The notes beneath the pieces are model-generated. The model had not been told where the DNA came from and ran no database searches. It saw only the letters and a list, made by a program, of their open reading frames with translations. The position numbers and the translations under genes are program-made. Source: Podarcis filfolensis (lineage: Eukaryota). Taken from it: a stretch of 64,000 bases of DNA. Of this stretch, positions 12,793 through 26,290 are shown one piece after another; within the stretch, counting starts at the first letter, position 1, and every line of letters starts with the position of its first letter. The DNA is taken from the NCBI GenBank assembly GCA_964270895.1, contig OZ185440.1; one strand, given 5' to 3'.

Positions 12793-13194
12793 GTTTACAG
12801 AATGGCAGCAACCTCAGAATTCCTAAGTATTTCATAACGCTTCTGCTTTACCAATCCTCCTACTGGTCGCACGCCTCAATCCTAGGCAATATTTTACAGA
12901 TTAAAGAGATTTAATGAGAGGGAAGGGGTAAAAGTGCATAAAGGCAATCTACCTAATTCTATCTAACTCTATGTTCTCTCTCATCAGAAGTTAAACCACT
13001 TCCCCTGTCAGCTGGTCACCAATATTCCAACTTCTTCACACACAAGTGGTTCATGTGACCCAGTATTGAGAATAAAAGTCCTAGTGGTGGTGCAAAGGTC
13101 CTGCCTAATATGAATGTACACTAATACAAATATGGTGGCTCAAGGATACCCCAACCATCACTGGCGCCCTGGAATGCTGGGGCAGAAAACATCA

Positions 13195-13962
13195 GGGCTG
13201 CCTTCAGATGGCACTTTATTCTACCTTCTCGACATTTCTCGATCTGTTAATTTCTGCATTTAAGGCATTTTTTTAATGCAACACAAAAACAACTTCTGGA
13301 AATCTAGTGGAATCCAGCAAAATTTGGTCTCATTTCTGTGTTGCTTTAAAAAAACACAATCCATTTGCAGCCCCATTAACTAAGAAAATTGCAGGAGTTT
13401 TACATTGCAATTTCATGTGACAAAAATTTGGGCAGTATCCCAGCATACAGTTCTTCCATACCATTTAAAATTCAGAGCAACATGGTGCTATAGCTATCAA
13501 AAAGCCACTGTAAAAGGAAGGTTAGAAACTGGGACAGAAGCACCAGCATTATAACCAATAGGTAAAGGGACCCCTGACCATTAGGTCCAGTTGTGGCCAA
13601 TTCTAGGGTTGTGGCGCTCATTTTGCTTTATTGGCTGAGGGAGCCGGCGTACAGCTTCCAGGTCATGTGGTCAGCATGACTAAGCCGCTTCTGGCGAACC
13701 AGAGCAGCACACGGAAACACCGTTTACCTTCCCGCCGGAGTGGTATCTATTTATCTACTTACACTTTGATGTGCTTTTGAACTGCTAGGTTGGCAGGAGC
13801 AGGGACCGAGCAACGGGAGCTCACCCCGCCGCGGGGATTCGAACCGCCAACCTTCTGATCAGCAAGTCCTAGGCTCAGTGGTTTAACCCACAGTGCCACC
13901 TGCGTCCCTTCATATTATTATAACCAATAAAATGCACTAAACCTGAAGTCTGAATGCAGCCC
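13195..13962. mobile_element. Possible Harbinger-like MITE interrupted by the Sauria SINE
   Basis: GGGCTGCCTTCAGA at 13195 and TCTGAATGCAGCCC ending at 13962 (13/14 inverted match); no clear TSD. Confidence 0.4.
13561..13916 (-). mobile_element. Full-length Sauria SINE
   Basis: tRNA-related head on the minus strand (GGGACGCAGGTGGCACTGTGGGTTAAACC) and a CCCTTTACC-type tail; 13-bp TSD ATTATAACCAATA at 13548-13560 and 13917-13929. Indicates a squamate host. Confidence 0.93.
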
Positions 13963-16837
13963 AGATTGCTCCACTTCCAGGCATTATGTTTTTAACTGCA
14001 GTAACAGCACACAATATGTTCAGGCAAGAGCAGTGCAATTCTAATCCCTTATTTGTTACTATCTAAAATATTTTGGGAGTCATGTTGGTAGTTCAGTCCA
14101 TAATAGATAAAAGCAAATTATTTATAATTTCTTTAATAAAATAAAAAAATAAAAATCTTGTTTTTCTGCTAAAAAAAAGTCCCACAGCAGTTTATCATCA
14201 GAAAGGGGGTGGGGGAGGGAGAGAGAGGGAGATTTCCTGCCCCCAGGTTTACAATCTAAAAAGACGCAACACAAAAAGAAAATGGATTGGGAAGGAAGAG
14301 GAAATCAACTCAGGTTCAAATTTCAGGATAACAACCAGTTCACAATAGCAGTTTTATGTATAGATGAATTTATCAAATTGCCAACATCACACATAAACCC
14401 ACCAACAGTACCTGAAGTAACATTAGCTGAGGTTTGTGAGAGAAGCCAATGTTTGCAATGATGCTGCCCTGTCTTGGCCGTGTGGGGAAGAGACAGAGTT
14501 GGGTTGGCATAATATGCTGACACCCAGAGCTTCCTGGCCTGGCTCCTTGCAGACACAGCAGTCATCCACATGCTTTTGGAAAGCACACAAGCACCACCTG
14601 GGTGAAACAGCACTCTCCCTACTTGTGATTCCCAGAAACCAATGTTCAGAAGCATACTGCAGCTGACCTGGAAGGTCGAACACGATTGAGGAAGAGGGCA
14701 AATAAGCAGTAGCAAGAGTGGCAAGTGGGCTAAATCAGGAGGCAGTCAGCTGCTAATAGCACCTTGACTAAGGGTCCCCAAAGCTTGAAGTTGTCACTGG
14801 AAGACAGAAATGCCTGGTGCACGTCTGGGTGGCCCAACATGCCTATTAATCTCCCAACACGAGATTAGCTAGTGGTTCTAATCTCCCTTGCTCTCTTAAG
14901 CCCAGCTACTGCCAGCCCCTGCTGTCATGGATGTTAGCTGCAAATAGAATACTATTCACACACCTTTGAGAAGCAGATAACACAGATAACTTTTTAGATG
15001 GTTCTGCTTTGCTTGCCGCAGGAAGCCACCAAACTTTCTGGTCTGCCCGTCCCATAAACTGGCAGGAAATCATGACGGGCTCCCAATTTGCAATAAAATG
15101 TTAGCAAACACCCAGTTCGGCCAACCCAATGCTTTTTTAAATAACACTATTCATCCTGTGCCTGCCAAATTAGAGGCGAAATTAAGATATTTTACATGCA
15201 AGTCTCAAAATTAGATCAGACTTGTGAAATGAGCCAACTATTTTTCTGCAAGCTGGTGTCTATTGGTTGTATTAGTTAACTATTTGGAAGTAATAATAGT
15301 AATAAAGTAAACAAATGACTGCATGTGAAGGGAATTGACTAGGATCCTGATACATCGTGATGGCTGCTGGTGGCAACTGTACAAGGAAATAAGAAAAAGA
15401 ATTATTTTGTGTTTATAGTAACGACTACCAATATGGAAGCAATTAGAACACACTTGAACATTCTTTTTGTACAGAACAGATCGTGAAGGAAACAGTGTAA
15501 AATGATTGTTACTTAATCGGATCCATATGTGCTTAATTCAATTATACAATGACAACATATTGCTATTGATAATTAAAAGAATCAGAGAAGTACAAGGACA
15601 CCCAAAGAGCTGACAGCAGCATTCCACTCCATTCCAATGCTAGCAGAAAGCGGTTCACCAAATTTAACCATGGTGTAGGTTTCCCTGAACTCTGTCAAGT
15701 TACACCCAGAATGAACCTGGCACAATGAAGCAAGAGTGCAAACATTAGAGAATTTTTTTTTAATAATAATAAAGCTTTGGAATGAGCTAGTCTCCTGGGG
15801 AATAAAACCCTGCAGATTTCCAGAATTTGGAAGACCATAGAAGGCTGTGTATTTTGGCTGCGTAGTCTAACTAGCTATTCACAGCTGTAGGACCAGTCAC
15901 ACTATGGAAGACATTTTATATAAACATGACTAAACGGTATAAAGTATTGAAGCATTTTTAAAGATCATGTGGTCAGTTTTTTCAGTTATTCACATGGTGT
16001 AATAAATTTCTGACTAAGGGGAAGGGGGTGGAATTAGTCCCCGAACATAACTACTACTAGTCATTCAAATGCCCTCTTATATTATCATTCAACAAGCGGC
16101 ACCAGAATCACTTTTCTCCCTTCAGAGGGCAATTCTTCTCCAGTCACTCTGTGGTATAATTCGTATGGGGTAAAGGTTGTGTGAAGGATCCAATAGAAGG
16201 TCGACTCTCTGGCAATAATTTGAAATCCTGGCTATAAATTCAACCCTGATTTTTGAGGCTTGTGGTAGATTCTTTGTATTAACTAGACACATATGCATCT
16301 ATTGGGAAGAGGGTTGAAAAAAGTTGTTTAGCAACGAGAAAAATATGGTTGTGTCCCACATTTGGGATCAATTTCATAATCCTTTGTGCTTGTTTTGCTA
16401 TGAGAAGCAATCATATAAGCAGCATATAAGCATGAAGTGATGTCAGCTCTTTTATGTCAATATTTAAATGTGCTTTGTTACAGATCCCGATTTGATAGCT
16501 ACAGTCTCTACACCTCTGCCATAGGCTTACATTAGCATGGAGCATTTTTAGACAATATTGAGAGCGAGGAATATATCCCCTGCCTTCTATCTCCACAATT
16601 TACTGCGTGAAACTGTCCCCACCCACCCACCCTGGCTTGCTTCTGATACTGGAGCTTCATCCACTTTCGCCAAAAGGGGAACAGATTATAGCAGTATTTA
16701 GATTCCCTATTACAGTGAATGGGGGAAACACAGATTATTGTTTTATACAGAGCAACTAACAGAGGATGGATCCTGCAGAAAGGAATGGCTGGATGTGAGT
16801 GAAAGGAATGACAGTGGAAGGTGACTAGTTTGCACTC

Positions 16838-16840
<3 letters not shown>

Positions 16841-16874
<34 letters not shown>
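16841..16874. repeat. (GT)17 microsatellite
   Basis: Read directly from the sequence. Confidence 0.95.
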
Positions 16875-16878
<4 letters not shown>

Positions 16879-18085
16879 TTTTGCTGACTTTCCTTCATGC
16901 AGATGGAATCCCCTTAGTACAGAGAATGATCAGAGAACTGTGAGAAGAAGGTGGGTAGACTGAAAGTTTTTCTACTCGCTGGCTCAGTCTTGGGAGACAT
17001 ACAGTTAGACACTTGACAAATGTGGGATGGTGCTTGAATTTAGATTTGTTCATTTCTAAAAAGAAAGATATCATCTGCCCTGGAATCCCTTTTTAATTCT
17101 GAGCAGATGAAGGAAGGCTGCAGTTTTATGACCCAGGGAATAGAACAGATGAAATCCTGGGCTGTTTAGATCAGCACCCTGATTGTGGAAGGCAGCATGG
17201 ACAGGAGTTTATGTATCCTACAATGATTTCTATAACCAACACACTCACCCACCCTTCTGATGGTTGGTCTTCATTTTCCAGAAAGAGGTCTAGAGGCTTA
17301 CATCATGAGTTTGGTTTCTGTGCAATGAAGGTCACTGGAAACTGGTGGCTTTTCTGCATTATAAGGTTTATTTGCACACACACATGATAGAAATCTCATG
17401 ACGGTAACACTATGCACACCTTCCAGAAATGATCTGCAGCAAGTAAGTTTCTGTGGCAACACTTTGGCTGAAGGATACCTAAAAAGTTAGGGTCATTTAT
17501 ATAACAAAGAAACTGGTTTGACCATCTCAGCAATACTTTTTTCTGCAGAATCCAACTTCAAGATCCAATCACAGCAATAGAGGGAACCACAAATGCCCAT
17601 TTGGTCCAACCAAGAAAACTAGCAGATCCAAGCAAAAGATTCTGATACGAAATCTTCTAATATGAGTATAACACTTCACCATCCTTCATCCAATGTAATT
17701 TAAATGCTTGATATGTCATTCTTGCAACTTTCTGACTACTCTCCTGCCCAGTTTCTACTGCCACCACCTCTTCCAGCTAGGAATCAGAGTGCACTACAGA
17801 GTGTGTCTACAACAGCGTCCCACAGATGGGGAAGACATTGTGCCACTTCCTCCAAGACACATGCAAACTAGTTTCCTGTGATGTCTGAATAAGGAGGAGA
17901 GGAAGGGGAGGGACATGCAGGCACATTGCTCATGCACTGTTAGATAAACTCTTCACTGACAGATAAACCATTATTTGTTGAACCGACACTATCACATCTG
18001 AACCTTCCAACATAACTTCTAAGTCAGCCTATGTTTCTTTTAGTCAGGCTAAGCCAAAGAGTTAAGGTTGGCCTGTGCTGCAGCA

Positions 18086-18859
18086 CCTAGATGCCGAAAT
18101 CCAGCATCGCCTGAGCTCTGCGAGTGTGGCTTTCTCCCGATTGAAGTGCAGAGTGTTTGAGGACCAGGACATTCACAGGGAAACCAAAATGCTTGTTTAC
18201 AAAGCTATTATACTACCAACCTTACTGCATGCTTGTGAAACATGGACCACATATAAACGCCATCTCCAACTCCTCGAAAGATTCCATCAATGGTATCTCC
18301 GAAAAAATGTACACATCACTTGGGAAGACAGGCAAACTAATACCAGTGTACTGGAAGAAGCAAAGATCACCAGTGTTGAAGCAATGATTCTTCAACATCA
18401 ACTTCGTTGGACTGGTCATGTTGTGCGGATGCCTAATTATCGTCTTCCAAAGCAACTACTCTATTCCAAACTTAAAAATGGAAAGCGTGATGCTGGTGGT
18501 CAACAAAAGAGGTTTAATAAAGACTGTCTCAAGACAAATCTTTTAAAAATGTAGTATAAACACCAGCAATTGGGAAACACTGGTCTGCAAGTGCTCGAAT
18601 TGGAGAACAGCCTTTACCAAAGGTGTCATAGGCTTTGAAGACACTCAAACTCAGGACACAAGGGAGAAATGTGCTAAGAGAAAGGCACAGCTTGGCAAAT
18701 CCACACCGTGATAAACTCCTGTCCGGAAACCAATGTCCCCACTGTGGAAGGACATGTGGATCCAGAATTGGCCTTCACAGTCACTTACGGACTCATTGTT
18801 AAAACCGTGTTTATGGAAGACAATCTTATTCGGCTACGAGTGATCACCAAAGAAGAAGA
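18086..18859 (+). mobile_element. 5'-truncated RTE-clade LINE, 3' end
   Basis: Translation LDAEIQHRLSSAS...KMLVYKAIILPTLLHACETW...QLRWTGHVVRMP..RLPKQLLY is typical of RTE ORF C-termini. A frameshift occurs near 18540, a CPHCGRTCGSRIGLHSHLRTHC* zinc-finger-like end at 18731-18802, and a (GAA)n tail follows. Confidence 0.88.
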
Positions 18860-21800
18860 CCCTTGATCCCTTATTTATGAACAGAATTCAAATCCTCGAA
18901 CTAGGATCCTTCAGTTCACTGTTTCTCCTTCCTTGTCACTCTTGGTTAGAAGTCAGTCATGCAGCTTGTTTAAAATTCTCTCCAGGGCAGAACTGACTGC
19001 TTACAGTTAGCAGCAGAAACTTTGTTTGGCACCAAAAACAGAGTTACAGTCACACCTGATACCTAATACTACTGGCAGCAATAAAATTACAGCCTGATAT
19101 TTGACAGTTTAAAAACTAAAACATTCCACACAAACTGCATTGACCCTTTCATATGTACTCAAAGCCACATGTCCAAGCTGATGTTTCAGTTCCAAATTAG
19201 GTGGCTAAGCAAAATATGCAAACAAAACAACTGCAATAAATTATAGAGCTCTGAAAGTACCACTGCAATTGCACAAATCAAGGTCAGACATGCTAATGAT
19301 TAAAAGCTGGAGAAGCAGCAGCATCTTTGCCTTTTCCCAATTGACAATATACATGTCAAAGTGAATTCCCATGCCAATTGTAAAAACTGATTTATCTCAT
19401 TGTACTAAAAACACTTATTGTAAGACATCTGCAAAAATGTTTGGAGGCTACCACATTTAACCTTTATTTTCAAAGGGTAAGTTACTTAATTCTGTAGACT
19501 GCACATTGTGTAGATTGTATTTTTACAAGAAGAAAAGAAAGACAGAAAGGAAGGAAGGAAAAGGAAATGATGTATTTATTCATTCCAATTTATATCCAGC
19601 ATTGTAGCCTTTGTGACATCTAAGATGGCTTTAAAATTTGCTACCGTAAATGTTATGAAAAATTAAAAAAGTGTTTGTAGCCAGGAACTTTATTGAAACT
19701 ATGCAACTCTTCTCAATTTTATAAAGTGGTAGCTAATCTATCCCTTGTCATTCTCCAGAACAGCTTCTCTCACACAAGTGCTCATGGAACGCTATAGTTT
19801 ATAACATTATAGAATCACACAATATAAAAGAGTGTTCGGGAAATAACAGGAGACAAACAGACCAGCAGTACAAAGATCAGCAGCACTGGAGGAGATGGAA
19901 AAAAGACTTAGTCCTCCCCGTACAGGCAAATCTACAGGACCCAATTTAGGGTTTGCTTTTAAACTCGACTGATGAATAAAGTCAAGCCAGTTTGCAATTG
20001 TACATGATGAATGAGAAACTGAAAAGAATACTCCTCCTTAGAACATAAATGGTAGCACAGCAAGCTGCCTTTCATCACAGTATCAAATACTGGAAGAACT
20101 GTAAGTCTTACTTTTGTCACGAGAGGGAGCTCCAGTTCAAGTATTTCTTAAATGTGAATTTGAGAGTGGAGATGCAGTGTTTTGTCCAGCAAGAATAAGT
20201 TAACAGAGATACTATACCGATAAAAAACAGAAGTTGCAGACACTTTCTGACACCATGTTTGTGATAGGACAGGCAACAGTACCTATAAAACTAGGCAAAT
20301 ATTACATACTTTATTTTTAACCTACATTGTTCTTTGATTAAACTTTTATAAACAGGGGCGACAGTAGCACTGAGATGGGGGAAAAGATATTCAGAGTTGT
20401 ACAAAGAAAAGTAGATAGGGAAGATCTTGATTTGGAATCAAGCCTAAGGGTTGTACTGAACTAGCTTCTAACTCGGAGTAGGCCCATTGAAATTAACGAA
20501 CCTAAATGAGCCACATCCATTCACTTCAGTTAATCTACCCTAAGTAGGATTAACATTTAATATCACCCTAAAAGCTGGACCAGGAACTTCTGCAGTGCAA
20601 GTCCCAACTATACACATTTTTATACCCATGGCCATTTTTAAAAATTATCTCCATACTGTTGCAGACAGTGTTTGTTTGTTTGCTTGCTTTACTTTCAAGA
20701 CCCTTATTCAGGTCCCCTAAGATATTTCTTTTTCAGATATGGGATTTATACCCTGCTCTACAATAAAATAAGACTCAAGAACAGAACGTATTTCCCATTG
20801 GGAGGGGGCAGCAGGTGCCTGCCCTTGTGCTGCTGCTACTGCCAGGGCAGAAGAGGAGGAGGTGGTGGTGGTGGTAGAGGAGGTGCCTGCCCCTTACCCT
20901 TGAGAACTGGTTCTGGGGTGCTTAGGGCAGGTTTTACATAGGTCTTCTGGATGCTCGTGGCCTCTGTTGTGCTTTCAGCAGCATGTATTGTTACAGAGTC
21001 TTGGGAGCCAGGGTTTATGGGTGCCAGATTCCCCTAAATCCCAGGGTCTGATAGGTGTTAGCATTTAATCAATGTTTCGAGTGTTAAAATTGACTTCCAG
21101 ACACTGGATTTAGAAAAGCATTAAAATACAGTGCCAAGCCAGCTTCCCTTGTTCAGGAAATCGCCTGGGAGATCAGCCATTAACAAAAGACAAAGGGAAA
21201 GTAATGGGCCATTAGGAAAGCCAGAGAGAAGGGACTCTGTGCCAGGCAGAAAACGGGAAGGGTCCCTCCTCGCAGCTCTAAGTAAGTTTGGAGACAAAGC
21301 AGAGTAGGGTTCAGGAATGCAGTTGGCCGTGATGTGAGCTGAAGGTTGGAGTCTGTAAAAGGCAGCAAGCTAGAGGGTCAGAGCCATGGTAAGTATGCCT
21401 GGGACCCCTGAAATCTCACATCGCTCAGAGATTAGGGTGGCGTGCAACAGTACTTTGTGAGGTGCTTTCAATAAACTTGTATTTTTGCATTTCCACATAG
21501 ATGCTGTATGATCTGGAGAGGGGGCGGCACAGCCTGTGTCTGTTTGGGATGCTTTTGGGGCCATGGAGTGTACTAGTGATCTTCACATCTGCTTACCTGG
21601 TTGTGCTATTAGTGTGGTTGTGCAACTGGAGGAGTGTGTGGTGGGTGCAGTCAGGGTGTGTGGCATGTACTCATTAGAGGCTGCATGCAGAATGTGCTCT
21701 GTGTTTCTGCACTGCTTCCCATGGATTCTCTCTAAGCGGCCTCACAGTCTGCACAGTTAGGAGGGCTTGGATCCTATCCACCCTGTGTGTCAACAGGTGG

Positions 21801-22508
21801 CAGCAGTTTCCATGGTGACAGTGGCGTTCTGTATTTCAGCAGATTTTTCTATTCTGCTGGGTTGGTGCCAGTTCAGCCATCATTTCTGCCTTCCTGAAGC
21901 TTCTGAATGGACTCAGGATCGGGAATACTTTATGGCGGCTTAAATTCAGCCAGCATATATTAAGCCCGATTCCCATGTTTAGGATTGCCCTGCCCGCTAA
22001 GATTCAAACTGGTTCACAGCATATCATATTAACAACTGCACTACCCTGCTGGGCTTAATCCATTTCCATTTAAAATCAGTGGGCTTCAAAACATGCTTAA
22101 ATTGGCTGGAACAAACCTCTAATTATCTACATTTGTTGTTAATTGTCCAGGCAGGCAGCCCCAAGTGAACAGCCCTGACCTCTTTCACTCTCAAGGCTTG
22201 AGATTATCCAGACATTTCATCTGGTCCTACGGTTACTTGGAAATATATACGTATAATGAATTATACCTATTAAAATCATTTAAACTGCTTTTGTTTAGAG
22301 ATGACATTACAAAGCCAATTGGATTTTTGTGAACCAACTTAAAAACTGTATCCTTGTGCACCAGTATAGTGAATCTCATTCTATATTGCTTTTAAATATA
22401 TTTATTTCCCCTCTGTTTTCTGGCTAGCTACATGCAGTCCAATAAAGCTAATGGGACTCTGTTATTTCTTCAATATCCAGATAGTAAGAAAAAAAGCAAA
22501 TGCTATTA

Positions 22509-22761
22509 CATGGGTAGGCAAGCTAAGGCCCGGGGGCTGGATCTGGCCCAATTGCCTTCTAAATCTGGCCCGCAGACGGTCTAGGAATCAGCATGTTTTT
22601 ACATGAGTAAAATGTGTCCTTTTATTTAAAATGCATCCGTGGGTTATTTGTGGGGAATAGGAATTTGTTCATTCTCCCCCCCCAAAAAAATAGTCCACCC
22701 CCCCCACAAGGTCTGAGGGACAGTGGACCGGCCCCCTACTGAAAAAGTTTGCTGACCCCTG
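22509..22761 (+). mobile_element. hAT-type non-autonomous element, 253 bp (copy 2)
   Basis: 8-bp TSD TGCTATTA at 22501-22508 and 22762-22769; ends CATGGGTAGGCAA / GTTTGCTGACCCCTG. Confidence 0.9.
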
Positions 22762-23334
22762 TGCTATTAGATGTTGAGTCTACATGGATCACCTAAATCA
22801 CTGGTCCCTTCACTGAAATTTTATCACTTTTTAGCAGCCCTGTACATTAAAACATTCTTTGTATTATTATTTTAAGGGAAAGTAATGAGAGATTAAGGAA
22901 GTTTGTTCTGTCATTCCCCAGTTAACAGCTTGAAGTGTGGAGTCAGAGTACTGCAATATAAAAGTACATACTCAAAAGTGCTCTGGCATGACTTCTGGAA
23001 AAGTGGTTGGGAAGTTGTAACTAGGGTTTCAAGCTTTAAATAGGTTCATTAAATATTTAGGCTGCAGTCCTATGCATACTTACCTGGGAGTAATTTCCAA
23101 TGAATCAATGGGGCTTACTGAGCAGTCATGTATTGGATTGCACCGTTAGTTAATTAATTGCTGAGGATGGTGGAAATCCATCAGAGGGGCAAAGATTAAG
23201 GAAACATTTGTTGATTTTTCAAGGCTATTTTGATTCTGATGTGTTGCTGGAAGCTTTCACCTATTGAACTACAACTCACTTTTTCCTTCAGTAGTTCAAA
23301 AGTTACTGTAAAAGCTAGCTTGTGGGAGTGGGAT

Positions 23335-23533
23335 CAAGGGTGTACCAAAGGAGTGGTTAGGTTGGGGACCAAGGGCACAGGCCGGGGGGGCACAAAAATC
23401 ATGCCCCTCCACTCTGGCTCAGAGTGGCTAGGAGCCTATCTGCCCACTCTCCGTGCCAAGGGTGCAAAGGATGGGGTGTGTGTGTCAATACAGCTCCTTG
23501 CCAAGGGCGCAAGGGAGCCTAGGTACGCCTCTG
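23335..23533. mobile_element. Degenerate hAT-like MITE; a 3'-end copy lies at about 41975-42033
   Basis: Ends CAAGGGTGTAC / GTACGCCTCTG; the segment AATACAGCTCCTTGCCA.GGGCGCAAGGGA.CCTAG.TACGCCTCTGG is shared with the copy near 42000. Confidence 0.55.
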
Positions 23534-23741
23534 GTGGAGACAGATTAACAATCTGACCAGATGGGCCACCAAGGTTCCCCCCTCCCCGACCATGGCATGT
23601 CCATGTCTCTTTTGCCAGATGCAGAAATGTGTGTTTGCTTTCACATCTATTCTGACATAGCATCAAAAACAGGGGCATACAGCTCTGCAAAGATGGAGTT
23701 GGGTAACAGAGAATAGTGGTAAAAATGAGTCACTATGTAGA

Positions 23742-23868
23742 CCTGGAATGGGGAATCTATGGCCTTTCAGATGTTGTTGGACTACAACTCAAATCACCTC
23801 TGACAATTAGCCAATCCATGCTGACTGCGGCCAAGGTGAAATCTAACAATATCCAGAAATTCCCCATA
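23742..23868. mobile_element. Degenerate copy of the palindromic hAT MITE family that is inserted in dmrt2b
   Basis: GATGTTGTTGGACTACAACTC core plus GGGGAA/TTCCCC termini; a similarly decayed copy lies at about 9605-9725. Confidence 0.5.
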
Positions 23869-23908
23869 TCAGAGTTTAACTATTACTATTACTACTACTC
23901 CTACTCCT

Positions 23909-23983
23909 ACATTACAGTTTGAGATACAATGCCCTATCATTATTATAAAAAACAATAGGGCATTGTATCTCAAACTGTAATGT
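23909..23983. repeat. Perfect 29-bp inverted repeat with a 17-nt spacer
   Basis: ACATTACAGTTTGAGATACAATGCCCTAT (23909-23937) and its exact reverse complement (23955-23983). Confidence 0.95.
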
Positions 23984-25075
23984 GACAGTAAAAGTTCAAG
24001 GCACTGTAACAAATACTACTGCAAAATTAGTGCAGTTTCTCAGTCTTGTCTTCATGGGGGGAAATGTTTGGTTTTACCTTACCAATATGAACCTTTAAAC
24101 TTTCAAGATATTTGGACTGCCATCTATTTTTTGTTTTGTTTTGTTATAATATCTTGGGCTTCTGAGTAATTGAACAATTAGGGTGATTAATTGCATGCTT
24201 GCAATAAAAACAGACGACCAGCAGAGATCCCTTACAGGCTAAATATTTTGAGAAAATTCTATCTGCTACTAGACATAACAAATGCAATCAACCCAGCATG
24301 CAACTTGAAGCTGGTTGAATGGATGCTTGCTGGTTTGCTCTGGAACCCAAACCTCCTTAAAAGAAGCCAAAGTGTTTAAAAAAATAAACTCAAGATGGAG
24401 AGCATGGGGGAAGAGAAATATTGACATGTGAAGCTGATATTATCCTAACAAAAGAAACACTGTTGGCCCTTTGGCCATTTCATTGTTCAAATCAAAACAG
24501 CAAGACTTGGGAGAGTACACACTAGCTAAAGCGTTTGCCTCTGAGTAATTAACTGCTGCTGGGTAAGTTACAACGCACCAATAGGATATTTCTCAAATGC
24601 ACATTTTATATCAGGTGGTCAAGCAAGCTGTATTTATACAGCACAACACAAAATCTAGTGGCTTATGTAAAATTCAGAGAAAGTCAGGTTTTATTGTTTA
24701 CATTACAAGATCAAGTTTCTAACCCATGGGCTTGTGAAGCAAAGCATAAAGACACAGGCAGTGTGATAAAGTATGAGAAGCTAGAGTGGCTTTAATTATT
24801 TATTGGACTACTACCCTGCCCTTCAAAAATATGTGACTCACACAATAATATATTCAAATACAAAAGCTAAAACTTGCAATAGCAAAAACTGGATAAAAAC
24901 CAGCAGCAGAGATAATAAATTTTAAATTCTAGAGAGTTTTGGGGGAAGGGGTCTTCATTAGGCACCACAATAATGCAAATTACAGGGGAGGGGCATCTCT
25001 GAAAAGGGATGGGGCATCTCTGAAAAGACACCTACAGAAGAGCTGAAAACATGAAGCCTAGTTCATTTGTTTATA

Positions 25076-25349
25076 CAGTGGTACCTCGCAAGACGAATGC
25101 CTCGTAAGACGAAAAACTCGCAAGACGAAAGAGTTTTTCGTTTTTAGAGGTGCTTCGCAAGACGAATTTCCCTATGGGCTTGCTTCGCAAGACGAAAACG
25201 TCTTGCGAGTTTGTTTCCTTTTTCTGAAAACCGTTAATACCCAGGGTGCATTGCTTGAAGAGGTGCAGTTCCGTGCTTCGCAAGATGAAAAATTCGCAAG
25301 ACAAAAAAACTCGCAGAACGAATTAATTTCATCTTGCGAGGCACCACTG
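25076..25349. mobile_element. Tigger-like MITE, 274 bp, with about 10 internal CGCAAGACGA-type subrepeats
   Basis: TA|CAGTGGTACCTCGCAAG...CTTGCGAGGCACCACTG|TA. Confidence 0.9.
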
Positions 25350-25369
25350 TAGGTAAATCTTCAGCTCCT

Positions 25370-26290
25370 TTTAAATCCCTTCACATCTTAGGGCTGGGGT
25401 ATGTACCATCACTTTGAATTTGACTCATAAATAGACACTGAGCCAGTGCAACTATAATGCCCAGTCGTTTTAACTATATTCTAAACCAACGGAGGTTTTC
25501 CAATCTGTCTTCAAATGCAGTCCCATATACCACACATTTATTATTCAGTTCCTAAGCCTGCTCTTTATTGTAAATGATCCCAAAGCAGGTTACAACATAT
25601 AACTACATAAACCACAGCAGGCCAACACTAACAAGCCAACCACTATCATAACGCATTAACAAAAAGTTAGATAAAAATTCCAAAACATTTCACAATAGCC
25701 CAGCTCAAAAACTGACTATATTGCTTCAATCTCTTCAATAAGCCTAGGCAAAGAGGTGCCTCCTTAACTAGCACTAAAAAGCTAACAGTGTCAGCACCAG
25801 GTAATCTTTAACAGGCAAAGCATTCCAAAGAGAAGGGGCCACCACAGAGATGGCCTTTTCTCGCATCACTCTACAGGCAGACTTGTATAGAAAGAGGTAT
25901 TTAGGTCTGATCATTTTTTATACATCAACATTAACACATTGAATTGAGTGCTGCAGGTTCTGCAGGACAAATGTTGTTATGTGGTTCCAACCGCCAGTAC
26001 TTCTCAACATCCTCAGAATTACATCAGCTACAGTTTTTAAACCATACGCAGCCCAAAAAGCACTTTACAATAATTCAACTGGGAAGTTACCATAACATGC
26101 GTTGCTATGGCTAGGCTTCCTAACCAGGAAAGGCCATCACTGACAAACTAGTAATTGGAACTCCTTGCCACCAGGACCATCAAGGACAGCACTGGATCAA
26201 GGAGAGCCCCAAGACCATGAGCTCACTCTTTCAAGAGGAGAACGAACCTATCCAGAACAAACTGTGTATTAAATTCCCAATCAGAGAACC
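25370..26290 (-). mobile_element. Old L2-type LINE fragments
   Basis: Degenerate L2-like 3' signatures (GCATTCCAAAGAGAAGGGGCCACCACAGAGATGGCC; TTCAACTGGGAAGTTACC); boundaries approximate. Confidence 0.5.

Noticed and set aside
20813-20894. 14-bp direct repeat AGGTGCCTGCCCTT flanking a low-complexity stretch
   Set aside because: The interior is simple (GCT/GGA/GGT)n sequence with no element hallmarks; probably a local duplication. The short tandem pairs at 24990-25027 and 27362-27403 were set aside for the same reason.
25076-25349. CRISPR-like regularly repeated motif
   Set aside because: Eukaryotic DNA; the short subrepeats are irregularly spaced, occur in both orientations, and lie inside a TA-flanked MITE.
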